Source: an uncultured Clostridia bacterium (GTDB lineage: Bacteria; Bacillota; Clostridia; Oscillospirales; Acutalibacteraceae). Taken from it: DNA of 64,000 nucleotides. Positions 39,431 through 50,378 of this stretch are shown here, piece by piece; the stretch's first letter is position 1, and each line of letters starts with the position of its first letter. A program made the translations under genes and the position numbers. The notes under the pieces are model-generated. The model was not told where the DNA came from, ran no database searches, and was given only the letters and a program-made list of their open reading frames with translations. The stretch is taken from assembly GCA_947627725.1 (NCBI GenBank), contig CANQXE010000004.1, forward strand, positions 5,473 to 69,472, in the 5' to 3' direction.

Positions 39431-40557
39431 TGAACGAAGAGAAAGATGATATTGAAAAAATCCTTTCCCAATTCAAGGAACAAAGGGAGAATAAAGAACA
39501 TCCCCCGATTTTACCGTTAGAGCCTCCCAAACGAAGGGAGGAATACATTGATTTTTCAAAGCCTGAAGAGACTGAAAAAAAGCCAAAGGATAAGCCCAAA
39601 AAGCCTAAAAAAACGCCTGAAGAGCTGCAACAGCTAAAGGAAGAGAAAAAGGCAAGGGCAGCTAAGCGGAAGGAAAAAGCCAAAATAATTTTCCAAAGGC
39701 TTAAAAAGGCTTTGTTTCATAAAAGAAATTTAATCATACTTGTTTCAATCGCTGCCGTTGCGGCGGCAATATTCGGTATAAAATACGCCGCTGAGCAGTC
39801 AAAAGCAGCATATCTTAAACCGTATGAGAAAAAATATCCCGACGTGGAATTTCAGGTTGGTATGCTCGAAAAATACTGTGATATAATAGGTCAGAGCCCT
39901 GATGCTGCCGGATATCTTGAAATACCTGACATTGACTTAAAGACCGCTGTTAGCAGTAATGAAAAGACATTTCCGAATGCTCAGAGCTGTACTGTCGGTG
40001 CAGAGCAGTTTAACTATGTTGTGTATCTCAATGACAGCAGCCTTGAAAATGTTTATTCAAGCGCACGGTCGTATAATAACGCAAGCGGATATATGCTTTA
40101 TTCCGACTTTTATAATGAATATAATTTTAAGATAGTGGGCGCATTTTACACAAACACAAGAGCAGAGGACGATAACGGATATATTTTCCCATATAATGTC
40201 ACTGAAAAAATGACAATTGATTCGGCTTCTGAATATGTGTCAAAGCTCGAAAGCAGATTTATTTACAGCACAGGAGTTAATGTTACAAGACAGGATACAT
40301 TGCTTACTATTTCCTGCCCTACTGACTACCATAAGAATTTTCGTTTTGTTGTAGTCGGCGTACTGCGCGAAAACACAGACAGTAAATTTACCGCAACAGA
40401 AAAAAGCAGTGATATTCACTACCCGCAGATAATATATGACGAAATGAAAAAGGATAATCCGTACAAATTTGCAACAAAATGGTATCCGGAAATAATGGTG
40501 ACAGATAAAGAGGGAAATGAAAAAACAATTCAAAAAACAATAAAGGATTATCAATAA
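39430..40557 (+). CDS. class B sortase-like membrane protein with atypical active site
   Basis: TM anchor, DAAGYLEIPDID, DTLLTISC, FRFVVVG; expected YGH His absent (VVYLND). Confidence 0.65.
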   Translation: MNEEKDDIEKILSQFKEQRENKEHPPILPLEPPKRREEYIDFSKPEETEKKPKDKPKKPKKTPEELQQLKEEKKARAAKRKEKAKIIFQRLKKALFHKRNLIILVSIAAVAAAIFGIKYAAEQSKAAYLKPYEKKYPDVEFQVGMLEKYCDIIGQSPDAAGYLEIPDIDLKTAVSSNEKTFPNAQSCTVGAEQFNYVVYLNDSSLENVYSSARSYNNASGYMLYSDFYNEYNFKIVGAFYTNTRAEDDNGYIFPYNVTEKMTIDSASEYVSKLESRFIYSTGVNVTRQDTLLTISCPTDYHKNFRFVVVGVLRENTDSKFTATEKSSDIHYPQIIYDEMKKDNPYKFATKWYPEIMVTDKEGNEKTIQKTIKDYQ

Positions 40558-40597
40558 CAAAAGCCGCTGAAAATCAGCGGCTTAAAAAATGTAATGA

Positions 40598-41452
40598 TTA
40601 ATTTTGAGGGGGTTCGTATTCAAAATCAGATGCATTATATCCAAAATATTTTTCAACAATCGGAGTGAATTCATCTGCGTCATTGTATTCGGGACTTTTT
40701 AGCTCATAGATAGCCTCATTAAACGCCTCGTCATACCAGTCCCACTTTTTGAATGAGTATACGTAACTGATTGTCTCAAGCTCGTTATCAAGCACCTTAA
40801 AATGGTCATTGCCGGTAATGCCGTTAAAGCTGAATTCATCAATTATGATAACATCAATTTTTCCTGCCGTTAAATCGGCGACGGCGCTTTGCGCATCTTT
40901 ATATTCCTTAACATTCTTCAAGCCCTCTTTAATAACAGTATTTTTGTCAAGGGCTGCCTTTGCCGCGTCCGTAACAACGCCCGCCTTTGCGCCTTTAAGG
41001 TCAGCATATGTTTTAATCCTGCTGTTTTCAGCGGTTACGGCAATCACTCTGTTATCAATAATATCCTTAGTAAATGTGTGGTCTTTATTAAATGAACCCG
41101 TATTTTTTTCAATTCCGCCAACCATCACATATGCAATATACTCATTGCCGTCCTCGTCTGTATATGCGGCATCCTCGCCTAATTTATAATTCTCATCAAC
41201 CTGAATAAACTTATAATTTTTATAGTCATTTTTAACATCATTGAAAATCTTGCCCATCAGTTCAACGTCAAAGCCTGTGAGATTACCGTCCTCACCTGTA
41301 TAAATAAACGGTTTTTTCTCAGCGGTATAGGCAACAAGCATTGTGTCATCCGTTATTTTTTCAGCAGCGCCTGATGACGAACAGCCTGCAAAGCATAGCA
41401 CAACAAATAATGCACTGAGAAAAACAGCAATCACTTTTTTCATAGTTTTCAT
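40598..41452 (-). CDS. amino-acid ABC transporter substrate-binding lipoprotein (family 3)
   Basis: Lipobox LCFAGC, KPFIY..GFDVEL, DLTAGKIDVIIID. Confidence 0.8.
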   Translation of the reverse strand: MKTMKKVIAVFLSALFVVLCFAGCSSSGAAEKITDDTMLVAYTAEKKPFIYTGEDGNLTGFDVELMGKIFNDVKNDYKNYKFIQVDENYKLGEDAAYTDEDGNEYIAYVMVGGIEKNTGSFNKDHTFTKDIIDNRVIAVTAENSRIKTYADLKGAKAGVVTDAAKAALDKNTVIKEGLKNVKEYKDAQSAVADLTAGKIDVIIIDEFSFNGITGNDHFKVLDNELETISYVYSFKKWDWYDEAFNEAIYELKSPEYNDADEFTPIVEKYFGYNASDFEYEPPQN

Positions 41453-41630
41453 AATTATGTATCCTCCCTTTCGGATAGCTTACTATTAATTTTATAATAT
41501 AATAAACTTAAAGTCAATAGAAAATACGATAAGTTACTACTTGACAGTTTCAAAAAATTGTCTTAATCTTATTTAAACAAGGTATTAAATTTAAAGATAT
41601 CATAAATTTACAGAAAATCGGGTGTTAAAT

Positions 41631-42179
41631 ATGAAAAAAATATTTGCGTTATTTTTAATATCAGCGATCAGTCTTTCATTTGCCGCATGCTCAAATGAAA
41701 GACAAGAGGAGGAAACTGCACAACCGTCCCAAACGACTGTTACCGCAACAACCGAACCCGTGCCAAAAACGACTGCGCCTCCGAGTGAAAATACAGATAA
41801 GGGCAAGAAGCTGAAAACAACGGTGCTTGATACGCTTAATAACCGAATAGACGCGGAAATTTCGGGTGATTTGAAATACGGAAGCTTTACATATAAATTT
41901 AACCGCAATCCTGAAATTGTGTACGCTAATGAGCAAAGCGAGGAATTTGAAAAAAAGGCAAAGGATAACGCACAGAAGCTGATAGACAGCATAAAAACCT
42001 TTTACGTAGATAAAATCACCTTCGACAGAGAATATACGGTAACAATCGGAGGCGGTGACAATGGACTTGACAGCGTGCAGTACCAGTTCTTTTATCTAAA
42101 CACTCAAAACCAACAGATAAAAATATATGCCGACAGTGACGGGGAAATCAGTTTTGCTGAATGCAATTTCACTTGGTAA
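41631..42179 (+). CDS. hypothetical lipoprotein
   Basis: MKKIF..LSFAAC lipobox, T/E/P-rich linker. Confidence 0.75.
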   Translation: MKKIFALFLISAISLSFAACSNERQEEETAQPSQTTVTATTEPVPKTTAPPSENTDKGKKLKTTVLDTLNNRIDAEISGDLKYGSFTYKFNRNPEIVYANEQSEEFEKKAKDNAQKLIDSIKTFYVDKITFDREYTVTIGGGDNGLDSVQYQFFYLNTQNQQIKIYADSDGEISFAECNFTW

Positions 42180-42208
42180 TTGACAAAAACGGTTCCTGAG
42201 TGTAATAT
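42180..42208 (+). promoter_or_regulatory. sigmaA promoter of ilvA-ridA
   Basis: TTGACA-17-TAATAT. Confidence 0.7.
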
Positions 42209-42242
42209 ATTATTTTGAACTAAAAACAGACGAGGCGAAAAA

Positions 42243-43442
42243 ATGTTAACTTTAGACAGAGTATATAAAGCAAAGCGCGTTTTATCAGAGGTGGTAAGAA
42301 AGACAGATATGATTCCCGCGAAAAACCTCTGCAAGAATGCGACTGTGTATTTGAAAACAGAAAATTTACAGATAACAGGCTCGTTTAAGATAAGAGGCTC
42401 TTATTTTAAAATCAGTCAGCTTTCAGACGAAGAAAAGGCAAAGGGAGTCATAGCCTGTTCTGCGGGAAATCATGCACAGGGCGTTGCCCTCGCCGCGACA
42501 AAAAACAAAATAAAATCTCTTATCTGCCTTCCCGACGGCGCACCTATAAGCAAGGTTGAAGCAACAAAACGCTACGGAGCGGAGGTGTGTATGGTCAAGG
42601 GCGTATATGATGACGCATATAAAAAAGCTCTGGAGTTAAAGGAGGAAAAGGGATATTCCTTTATACATCCGTTTGACGATCCCGATGTCATTGCAGGACA
42701 GGGTACTATAGGTCTTGAAATACTCGAACAGCTTCCCGACCTTGACGCGGTAGTTGTTCCAATCGGCGGAGGCGGACTTATTGCGGGCGTGGCTTATACC
42801 ATTAAGCAGATTAATCCGAACTGCAAGGTATATGGTGTTCAAGCCGCAGGAGCTCCGTCAATGGAAAAATCCATCTCCGACGGTAAAATCGAAACGCTTT
42901 CAAAGGTACAGACAATTGCCGACGGTATAGCGGTTAAAACACCGGGCAGCTTAACCTTTGATTTGGTGAGCAAATATGTTGACGGAATCTGTACAGTCAG
43001 CGATGATGAAATCGCGCTTGCGATTTTGACTCTTATGGAGCAGGAAAAGCTGATTTCCGAAGGTGCGGGCGCAGTTCCTGTTGCCGCGGTTATGAACGGA
43101 AAAATCCCTGATATTGAAGGCAAAAAGGTTTGCTGCCTTGTATCGGGAGGCAATATTGACGTTACTATCCTTTCACGAGTTATTGAACGCGGTCTTAAAA
43201 TGGGCGGAAGAACGGCAAACATTACAATTGCTCTCTCTGACAAACCGGGACAGCTTATGGGCGTAAGTCAGATTATTGCAGAGCTTGGCGCGAATGTCGT
43301 ATCTGTTAATTATGACAGCACCGACCTTGATATGAATATCACCGACTGCTATCTCAGAATAGGAGTTGAAACAAGAGATTATCAGCACATAGCTCAAGTT
43401 AAGCAGGCGCTTAAAGACGCCGGCTTTGAGGTGTGTGACTAA
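42243..43442 (+). CDS. ilvA: threonine ammonia-lyase with C-terminal ACT domain
   Basis: KTENLQITGSFKIRG, SAGNHAQG, HPFDD, PIGGGGL, SGGNID, DKPGQL. Confidence 0.92.
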   Translation: MLTLDRVYKAKRVLSEVVRKTDMIPAKNLCKNATVYLKTENLQITGSFKIRGSYFKISQLSDEEKAKGVIACSAGNHAQGVALAATKNKIKSLICLPDGAPISKVEATKRYGAEVCMVKGVYDDAYKKALELKEEKGYSFIHPFDDPDVIAGQGTIGLEILEQLPDLDAVVVPIGGGGLIAGVAYTIKQINPNCKVYGVQAAGAPSMEKSISDGKIETLSKVQTIADGIAVKTPGSLTFDLVSKYVDGICTVSDDEIALAILTLMEQEKLISEGAGAVPVAAVMNGKIPDIEGKKVCCLVSGGNIDVTILSRVIERGLKMGGRTANITIALSDKPGQLMGVSQIIAELGANVVSVNYDSTDLDMNITDCYLRIGVETRDYQHIAQVKQALKDAGFEVCD

Positions 43443-43473
43443 TAAAAACGACTAATTATAAGGAGAGATTTTT

Positions 43474-43845
43474 ATGGAATATGTAGCAACAAATAATGCC
43501 CCCGACGCAATCGGTCCATACTCGCAGGCAGTTAAAGCAAACGGATTTTTATTCACCTCGGGTCAGATTGCGATTAACCCAAAAACAAATACGGTTGAGG
43601 CAAAAACCATTGAGGAACAGACAACACAGGTTTGTGAAAACCTCAAGGCTGTTGTTGAAGCCGCAGGTACAACAATGGATAAGGTAATTAAAACCGTCTG
43701 CTTTTTGGCTGATATCAATGATTTTGCAAGCTTCAATGAAATTTACGGCATGTATTTTATCTCAAAGCCGGCACGCTCCTGTGTTGCTGTAAAGGATTTG
43801 CCTAAGGGCGTTCTCTGTGAAATTGAGCTTATTGCCGAGTTATAA
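43474..43845 (+). CDS. ridA: RidA enamine/imine deaminase
   Basis: AIGPYSQAV, FTSGQI, FNEIY, PARSCV, LPKG..EIE. Confidence 0.93.
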   Translation: MEYVATNNAPDAIGPYSQAVKANGFLFTSGQIAINPKTNTVEAKTIEEQTTQVCENLKAVVEAAGTTMDKVIKTVCFLADINDFASFNEIYGMYFISKPARSCVAVKDLPKGVLCEIELIAEL

Positions 43846-43865
43846 AGCGTGTTATAAACTATAAT

Positions 43866-43903
43866 AAAAAACCGAAACGGAGAAAATACCGTTTCGGTTT
43901 TTT
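43866..43903. terminator. bidirectional terminator
   Basis: AAAAACCGAAACGG/CCGTTTCGGTTTTT. Confidence 0.85.
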
Positions 43904-43919
43904 ATTTATGCTTATTTTA

Positions 43920-45371
43920 TTATCCTTTTGACTCTATCAGCTTACAATCAATTTCAAATATATTAATGTCATTATTTTCAATTCTTGCAATAGTAAGCTT
44001 TACTGTATCACCCGGTTTTGAGTCGGCGAGAATGGAGGTCATAATATCTGTTGACGTCATTGTCTTATCGTTTACGGCAACAATCATATCATACTGCTTA
44101 ATATCCTTATTGGCAAGGTCTGATGTCTTTTCAACGCTGTCAATTACCATTGCCCCCTCTGCGTCCTTATAGCCCTTTTCTGCAAGGACCTGAATAATCG
44201 CGTTTGAATTATTAAAGTTTGTTATCTGATTATACTGGATACCAAGCTTGGCTCTTCCCTCAACATATCCTACTTTGATAAGGCTGTTTGCCGTTGCGAC
44301 AGCAGTTGATGACGGTACGGAAAAGCCCATTCCCTCATATTCAGTAGACGCAATTTTTGATGAGTTTATGCCGATTACCTGACCCTGCATATTAAAGAGC
44401 GCGCCGCCGCTGTTACCGGGATTAATAGCCGCGTCTGTCTGTATGCACTCATTATCATAACCGATATTTGATGAAATCGGTCTCGCGAGCGCGGAGATAT
44501 AACCGCTTGTTACGGAGTTCATAAATTCAAGACCGCCGGGGCAGCCGATTGCCACAACCTGCTCTCCAACTACAAGCTGGTCGCTGTTTGCAAATTCCGC
44601 TATCTTCAATCCTGTTTTATTAATTGAAAGAACGCCTATATCAGTCTGACTGTCAAAGCCTACCATATCAGCGTCAACATTTGTTCCGTCATTAAGAGTA
44701 ATTGTAAAGCTGTCACCGTCACTGATAACGTGAGCGCAGGTGAGAATATACGTTTTGCCGTTTTGCTCGGACATCAGAACACCTGAGCCCTCTCCCGATT
44801 TGGTCGGCTCATCGCTTTGGTTGCCGCCCTGTCCGTAGCTGTAAAAATAGTTATATGCCTCTGTTCGCTGTGAATAAACAGTTATTCCGACGCAGGATTC
44901 AATAGCCTTATCCGCTACACCTGCAACGGTATAATTGTTTTCATTGTCCCTGAGAGGAACGTCCTCGCTGTCGTGTGTCTTGGCAGCATCATTTGTATTC
45001 TGTGACTGTGTGGTTGTCTCTTTTTCATTTTTTTCGGAATTACCGCCTACTAAACCCGTAACAGAAGCGGCTATTCCCCCCGCCGCAACGGCAAGACATA
45101 TGACAAGCACAATTATAATTACCTTTGCGGCATTGCTTTTTTTAGGCGGCTTGGAGCCGTTACTGCCGTAATTGTTATCATTATTCGGCTGATAATAACC
45201 GTTATCCTGACTGCTCTGCTGTGAGGAATGATTATAGGAATAATGATATGTTGTATTTTCATCTGACTGAGGCGGAGTATAGTAAGTTCCGTTACTTTCC
45301 GGCTGGTAATAATCGGGGTGTGAGCCGTTAGTGTTGTCTGTGTTAAAATCTTTTTTCTCGAAGTCGTCCAT
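43920..45371 (-). CDS. htrA: HtrA-family membrane serine protease with PDZ domain
   Basis: TM, LTCAHVI, TDIGVL, IQTDAAINPGNSGGAL, PDZ. Confidence 0.92.
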   Translation of the reverse strand: MDDFEKKDFNTDNTNGSHPDYYQPESNGTYYTPPQSDENTTYHYSYNHSSQQSSQDNGYYQPNNDNNYGSNGSKPPKKSNAAKVIIIVLVICLAVAAGGIAASVTGLVGGNSEKNEKETTTQSQNTNDAAKTHDSEDVPLRDNENNYTVAGVADKAIESCVGITVYSQRTEAYNYFYSYGQGGNQSDEPTKSGEGSGVLMSEQNGKTYILTCAHVISDGDSFTITLNDGTNVDADMVGFDSQTDIGVLSINKTGLKIAEFANSDQLVVGEQVVAIGCPGGLEFMNSVTSGYISALARPISSNIGYDNECIQTDAAINPGNSGGALFNMQGQVIGINSSKIASTEYEGMGFSVPSSTAVATANSLIKVGYVEGRAKLGIQYNQITNFNNSNAIIQVLAEKGYKDAEGAMVIDSVEKTSDLANKDIKQYDMIVAVNDKTMTSTDIMTSILADSKPGDTVKLTIARIENNDINIFEIDCKLIESKG

Positions 45372-46885
45372 TATTTCTTTTTCTCCTTTTTATAGATTGG
45401 ACTGTACGTTTTGGGAAGCCTGAATATAAACTCAGCGGACTTCTCGTCCTCACTTACCGCCCAGATACTTCCGCCGTGCATTTCAATCATCATTTTTACT
45501 ATATAAAGTCCCAAGCCTGCGCCCTTGGCGTCAAGACTTCTTGACTTGTCAACCTTGTAAAATCTTTCAAAAACCTTTGAAAGCTCTTCTTTATTTATAC
45601 CGATACCGCTGTTTTTAATATGCACCTCAACGGTATCGTTACTCTCATTCATAGTTACTTTGATATATCCACCCTCGTTTGTAAACTTTACGGCATTGTC
45701 AAATATGTTATAGATAACCTGATAAATCATATCCGTATCCGCAACAATATATGTCTGGCGCAAATCCTCGAGTCCTTGAATTTCAATGTTCTTTTCCTCA
45801 ATCTTTTGCTCAAATGTGAGAAGAATATGGATAATCTGGTCTGATATATCATAGTTGCTCGGCTTCATTTCAAAGCTGCCCGATTCAATCTTGCTCATAT
45901 TAAGCATAGCAACAACAAGGCGAGAAAGACGACGAATTTCGCCGCTGACAATATTAAGATAATAATCTGTTTTTTCTCTCGGTATTGTACCGTCAAGTAT
46001 GCCGTCAATAAATCCGCCTATCGAGGTCATGGGCGTTCTCAGCTCGTGAGAAACATTTGATACAAAGCTTCGCCTTGACGACTCAAGCGTATCAAGCGCG
46101 TCCGCCATATCATTAAACGCTTTTCCGAGCTCCGAAAGCTCATCCTGACCGCTCACCTTAACTCTGTAGGAAAAATCACCTATTGCGAACTGCTTTGCCG
46201 CCTTGCTCATCTGCTGAAGCGGCTTAACAAAATTCTTGGTCAAATGCCATATGCATATGAACGCAATCAAAAGGCACGCAAAAGCACTGATTACAAATAT
46301 TCTGAAAACAGCCATTGTCAGCGTGTCCACATCTGTTTCGGTAGTTGCAAAAACAGAACCTATTATTTGATTATTACTGTAAATAGGATAGCCGACAATG
46401 TATGAAAGCCGTCCGCTCACACTTCCTTTGCCGACATAACCGCCCTCGTAAACGCTTTTTAACAGCACGTCGCCGACCGTAAATTCATTATGGTATGTGC
46501 AGTTAGGAAGCTCTCCCATAAAAGGAACAGTGCCTGCCTTTTCCTTGCACATAATTACATTGCCTTCAACATCACATACGAACAAATCCGCGTCAATAGA
46601 TTTAGAAATTATATAAAGTGAGCTGCATATCATTTCCTTTTCCACAGTATAATTATCATTCATATCCTGAACAATGAGGGTTGACCTTACGCTTTCGGCA
46701 ATCGACTGGGTATTCTCTTTTAAAAGCTTTGTGTTCTCATTTTGAGTATACACATTAACAAGTATTGTCAGGGAAGTACCGAGAATAGTCAGTACCACAA
46801 GAAAAATTGCCGCAAAAAGAATAAAATATTTTGCAAATATATTGTTCTTCAGATACTGTCCCTTAAGAGTTTCCTTTAAAGACAT
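45371..46885 (-). CDS. HAMP-domain sensor histidine kinase
   Basis: Two TMs, HAMP, NVSHELRTPMT, DNAVKF, FERFYKVDKSR, GAGLGL. Confidence 0.95.
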   Translation of the reverse strand: MSLKETLKGQYLKNNIFAKYFILFAAIFLVVLTILGTSLTILVNVYTQNENTKLLKENTQSIAESVRSTLIVQDMNDNYTVEKEMICSSLYIISKSIDADLFVCDVEGNVIMCKEKAGTVPFMGELPNCTYHNEFTVGDVLLKSVYEGGYVGKGSVSGRLSYIVGYPIYSNNQIIGSVFATTETDVDTLTMAVFRIFVISAFACLLIAFICIWHLTKNFVKPLQQMSKAAKQFAIGDFSYRVKVSGQDELSELGKAFNDMADALDTLESSRRSFVSNVSHELRTPMTSIGGFIDGILDGTIPREKTDYYLNIVSGEIRRLSRLVVAMLNMSKIESGSFEMKPSNYDISDQIIHILLTFEQKIEEKNIEIQGLEDLRQTYIVADTDMIYQVIYNIFDNAVKFTNEGGYIKVTMNESNDTVEVHIKNSGIGINKEELSKVFERFYKVDKSRSLDAKGAGLGLYIVKMMIEMHGGSIWAVSEDEKSAEFIFRLPKTYSPIYKKEKKK

Positions 46886-46890
46886 TTACC

Positions 46891-47586
46891 CTAATCCTTT
46901 GTCTCAAATTTATAGCCGACTCCCCAAACAGTCTTGAGCGACCATTTGTCGGAAACACCCTCAAGCTTTTCACGAAGGCGCTTGACATGGACGTCAACCG
47001 TGCGGGAATCGCCGTAATAATCAAATCCCCATACCTCGTCAAGAAGCTGGTCGCGTGTATAAACACGGTTTGGATTTGAGGCAAAGTGATAGATAAGCTC
47101 AAGCTCTTTAGGCGGTGTATCAACAGGCACGCCCTTAACCTTAAGCTCATAATTAATAATATTGATTTCAAGATTATCGTAAACAACAACCTTTTTGCTG
47201 TTGTCCTCAGTATTGGCATTACCGTTTGTTCTTCTTAAAACGGCTTTAACCCTTGCCATAACCTCCTTGGCGTCAAACGGCTTTGTTACGTAATCGTCCG
47301 CTCCGAGCTCCAGACCAAGCACCTTGTCAAAGGTTTCACCCTTTGCGGTGAGCATAATGATCGGTGCGCTTGATGTCTTTCTTATTTCACGGCAAACCTG
47401 CCAACCGTCCATTTTAGGCAGCATAATATCAAGAAGAACAAGCTCCGGCGACTTTGAAAGAAAGGTGTTTACCGCCTCCTGTCCGTCATTTGCTACAAAA
47501 ACAGTATAGCCGTCATTTTCAAGATAAAGTTTAAGAAGCTCGCAAATATTAACATCATCGTCAACAACAAGAATTTTCGTACTCAT
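46891..47586 (-). CDS. OmpR-family response regulator (ResD/SrrA/WalR-like recognition helix)
   Basis: LLDIMLP, GADDYVTKPF, RTVDVHVKRLREK. Confidence 0.95.
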   Translation of the reverse strand: MSTKILVVDDDVNICELLKLYLENDGYTVFVANDGQEAVNTFLSKSPELVLLDIMLPKMDGWQVCREIRKTSSAPIIMLTAKGETFDKVLGLELGADDYVTKPFDAKEVMARVKAVLRRTNGNANTEDNSKKVVVYDNLEINIINYELKVKGVPVDTPPKELELIYHFASNPNRVYTRDQLLDEVWGFDYYGDSRTVDVHVKRLREKLEGVSDKWSLKTVWGVGYKFETKD

Positions 47587-47610
47587 TTTGTTTTTCTCCT
47601 TTTAAATCAT

Positions 47611-47630
47611 TAGTGCTAATTTTAGCACTA
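47611..47630. promoter_or_regulatory. perfect inverted repeat upstream of RR-HK-htrA
   Basis: TAGTGCTAA-TT-TTAGCACTA, no U-tract. Confidence 0.45.
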
Positions 47631-47710
47631 TAAATTGTTATTTTTTTGTTCTATCGGTTAACAATCTATAAAAATTTTTAACATTTTTTAAATGGAAAAT
47701 TACAACATTT

Positions 47711-48961
47711 TTACCAGCTCTTGCCCCGCTTTTCACAGCTCTCAACATAATCGACAAACTGCTTTGCGCATCTCGGCGACCTTCCGCCTCTGCGTGTTGC
47801 CCACTGCTCCGCCATAAAGCAAAGATGTTCTTCGTCAACATCCAGCCCTCTGTCCGACGCAATTTTCGTCACTATGTCACGATATTCCGCCTTGTTTGGA
47901 TTAAGGAAGGTGATTGTCAAGCCGAATCTGTCTGAAAGGCTTAATTGTTCCTGCATTGTGTCGCCCCGGTTGACGTCATTTTCCCTGTCGGTGAAATTCT
48001 CTTTGATAAGATGTCTTCTGTTAGATGTCGCATAAATAAGAACATTTGATGACTGCCTGCCGGAAAGCGAACCTTCAAGCGCCGCCTTGAGCTCGCCAAA
48101 TGACGTATCGTTTGAGTCAAAACTCAAATCATCTATATAAATGATAAATTTCATCGGTGATGAGGCAAGTTGTTCACGTATTAACCCAAGCTCCGCGACA
48201 TCACTCTTTGATATCTCTATCATTCTCAGTCCCTGACTGTGGTATTCATTAAGAAGCGCGTGAACCGTTGAGCTTTTTCCCGTTCCTCTGTCGCCGTAAA
48301 GCAGAACATTATTCGCGGGATGACCCGCTATAAAGCTCTCGGTGTTATCAATCACCTTTTGCCTCTGAATCTCGTAATTTTTTAAATCACTAAGGGTTAT
48401 CAAATCTATCGACGTAACGGGGCAGATTTCCTTATTTCTCCAGGTAAACGCTATATGCTTTGCATATTTGCCGTAGCCGTTTGCCTTGCAGTAAGAGATT
48501 AAATCATCAATCTGCCTGTCCCATTTTTCACTGAGCGGCGGGAGAGCTTTACCTGTTTCCCAGCAGGGAACGGTTTTTATCATTTCTCTTATATCTTCAT
48601 TTGTAACAGCCTCTGAAATATCGCTTGCAGACAGTGAGGAAAGCTGTTCAAGCTTCATAAGGTCAAGCTTTACTGCGTCCAGAATGGATTTCGGCAGTTT
48701 TTCGACTTTATCCGCGCATGCCGATCGGGTGAAAATATTATCGTCTGTTAAAACGCATTTTGAAATATATGTTTTCAGTGATTTGTTCGCAGACACTGTT
48801 TTAAAGAATCCGCTTTGTTTTCGCAAGACCTCATCGCTTTTTACAGAGCAGAGCAAATCATAAAGCTCCGCAATTACAGGGTCCTTTTTTAAGTCAAAAA
48901 TACAAAGCGTGTCAATGTAATATTTCAGTCTTGTAATTTTATTCACTGTATCACTTCCCAA
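47711..48961 (-). CDS. DUF815-family AAA+ ATPase
   Basis: LLYGDRGTGKSS, FIIYIDDLSF, LKAALEG, IYATSNRRHLIKE, LSDRFG. Confidence 0.9.
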   Translation of the reverse strand: MGSDTVNKITRLKYYIDTLCIFDLKKDPVIAELYDLLCSVKSDEVLRKQSGFFKTVSANKSLKTYISKCVLTDDNIFTRSACADKVEKLPKSILDAVKLDLMKLEQLSSLSASDISEAVTNEDIREMIKTVPCWETGKALPPLSEKWDRQIDDLISYCKANGYGKYAKHIAFTWRNKEICPVTSIDLITLSDLKNYEIQRQKVIDNTESFIAGHPANNVLLYGDRGTGKSSTVHALLNEYHSQGLRMIEISKSDVAELGLIREQLASSPMKFIIYIDDLSFDSNDTSFGELKAALEGSLSGRQSSNVLIYATSNRRHLIKENFTDRENDVNRGDTMQEQLSLSDRFGLTITFLNPNKAEYRDIVTKIASDRGLDVDEEHLCFMAEQWATRRGGRSPRCAKQFVDYVESCEKRGKSW

Positions 48962-49006
48962 GATAATTTTACTCTATTTGTTCATAATTTACAAGACAAA
49001 ATATAC

Positions 49007-49035
49007 TTGACTAATTATTATTAAAGGCATATAAT
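49007..49035 (+). promoter_or_regulatory. sigmaA promoter of ilvC
   Basis: TTGACT-17-TATAAT. Confidence 0.8.
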
Positions 49036-49062
49036 AGTTTGCAACAACACATAATGTGCTAA

Positions 49063-50106
<1,044 letters not shown>

Positions 50107-50333
50107 TTTTAATAGAAAAACGGCAAGGCGTAAAACAGATAAACTGTTTTACGCCTTTTATGATATATTCAAAAGTTTACAGTCACAATATAACTAAATA
50201 TACATTTTTGTTTTACTATAGTTATAATGATTATAAGCTTTTGTATAGACAACATAAAAAGAAATTATAATTAATGCATTTCACAAGCAAAAATACATAG
50301 CTTCTTTTGTCGCCAAACATAACTTTATAACGT

Positions 50334-50363
50334 AAAAAGCACTCGGTTTTCCGAGTGCTTTTT
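50334..50363. terminator. terminator of the thrR-hom-lysC operon
   Basis: AAAAAGCACTCGG-TTTT-CCGAGTGCTTTTT. Confidence 0.85.
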
Positions 50364-50378
50364 GCTTAGATATCTATA

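Noticed and set aside
50160-50333. AT-rich gap between the ilvC and lysC terminators as a small gene or sRNA
   Set aside because: Only short ORFs without RBS, and no convincing promoter or structure
50334-50363. CIRCE-like AAGCACTC..GAGTGCTT
   Set aside because: The spacer is 8 nt and self-pairing, with A/T tails at the end of lysC; it is a terminator, not an HrcA site
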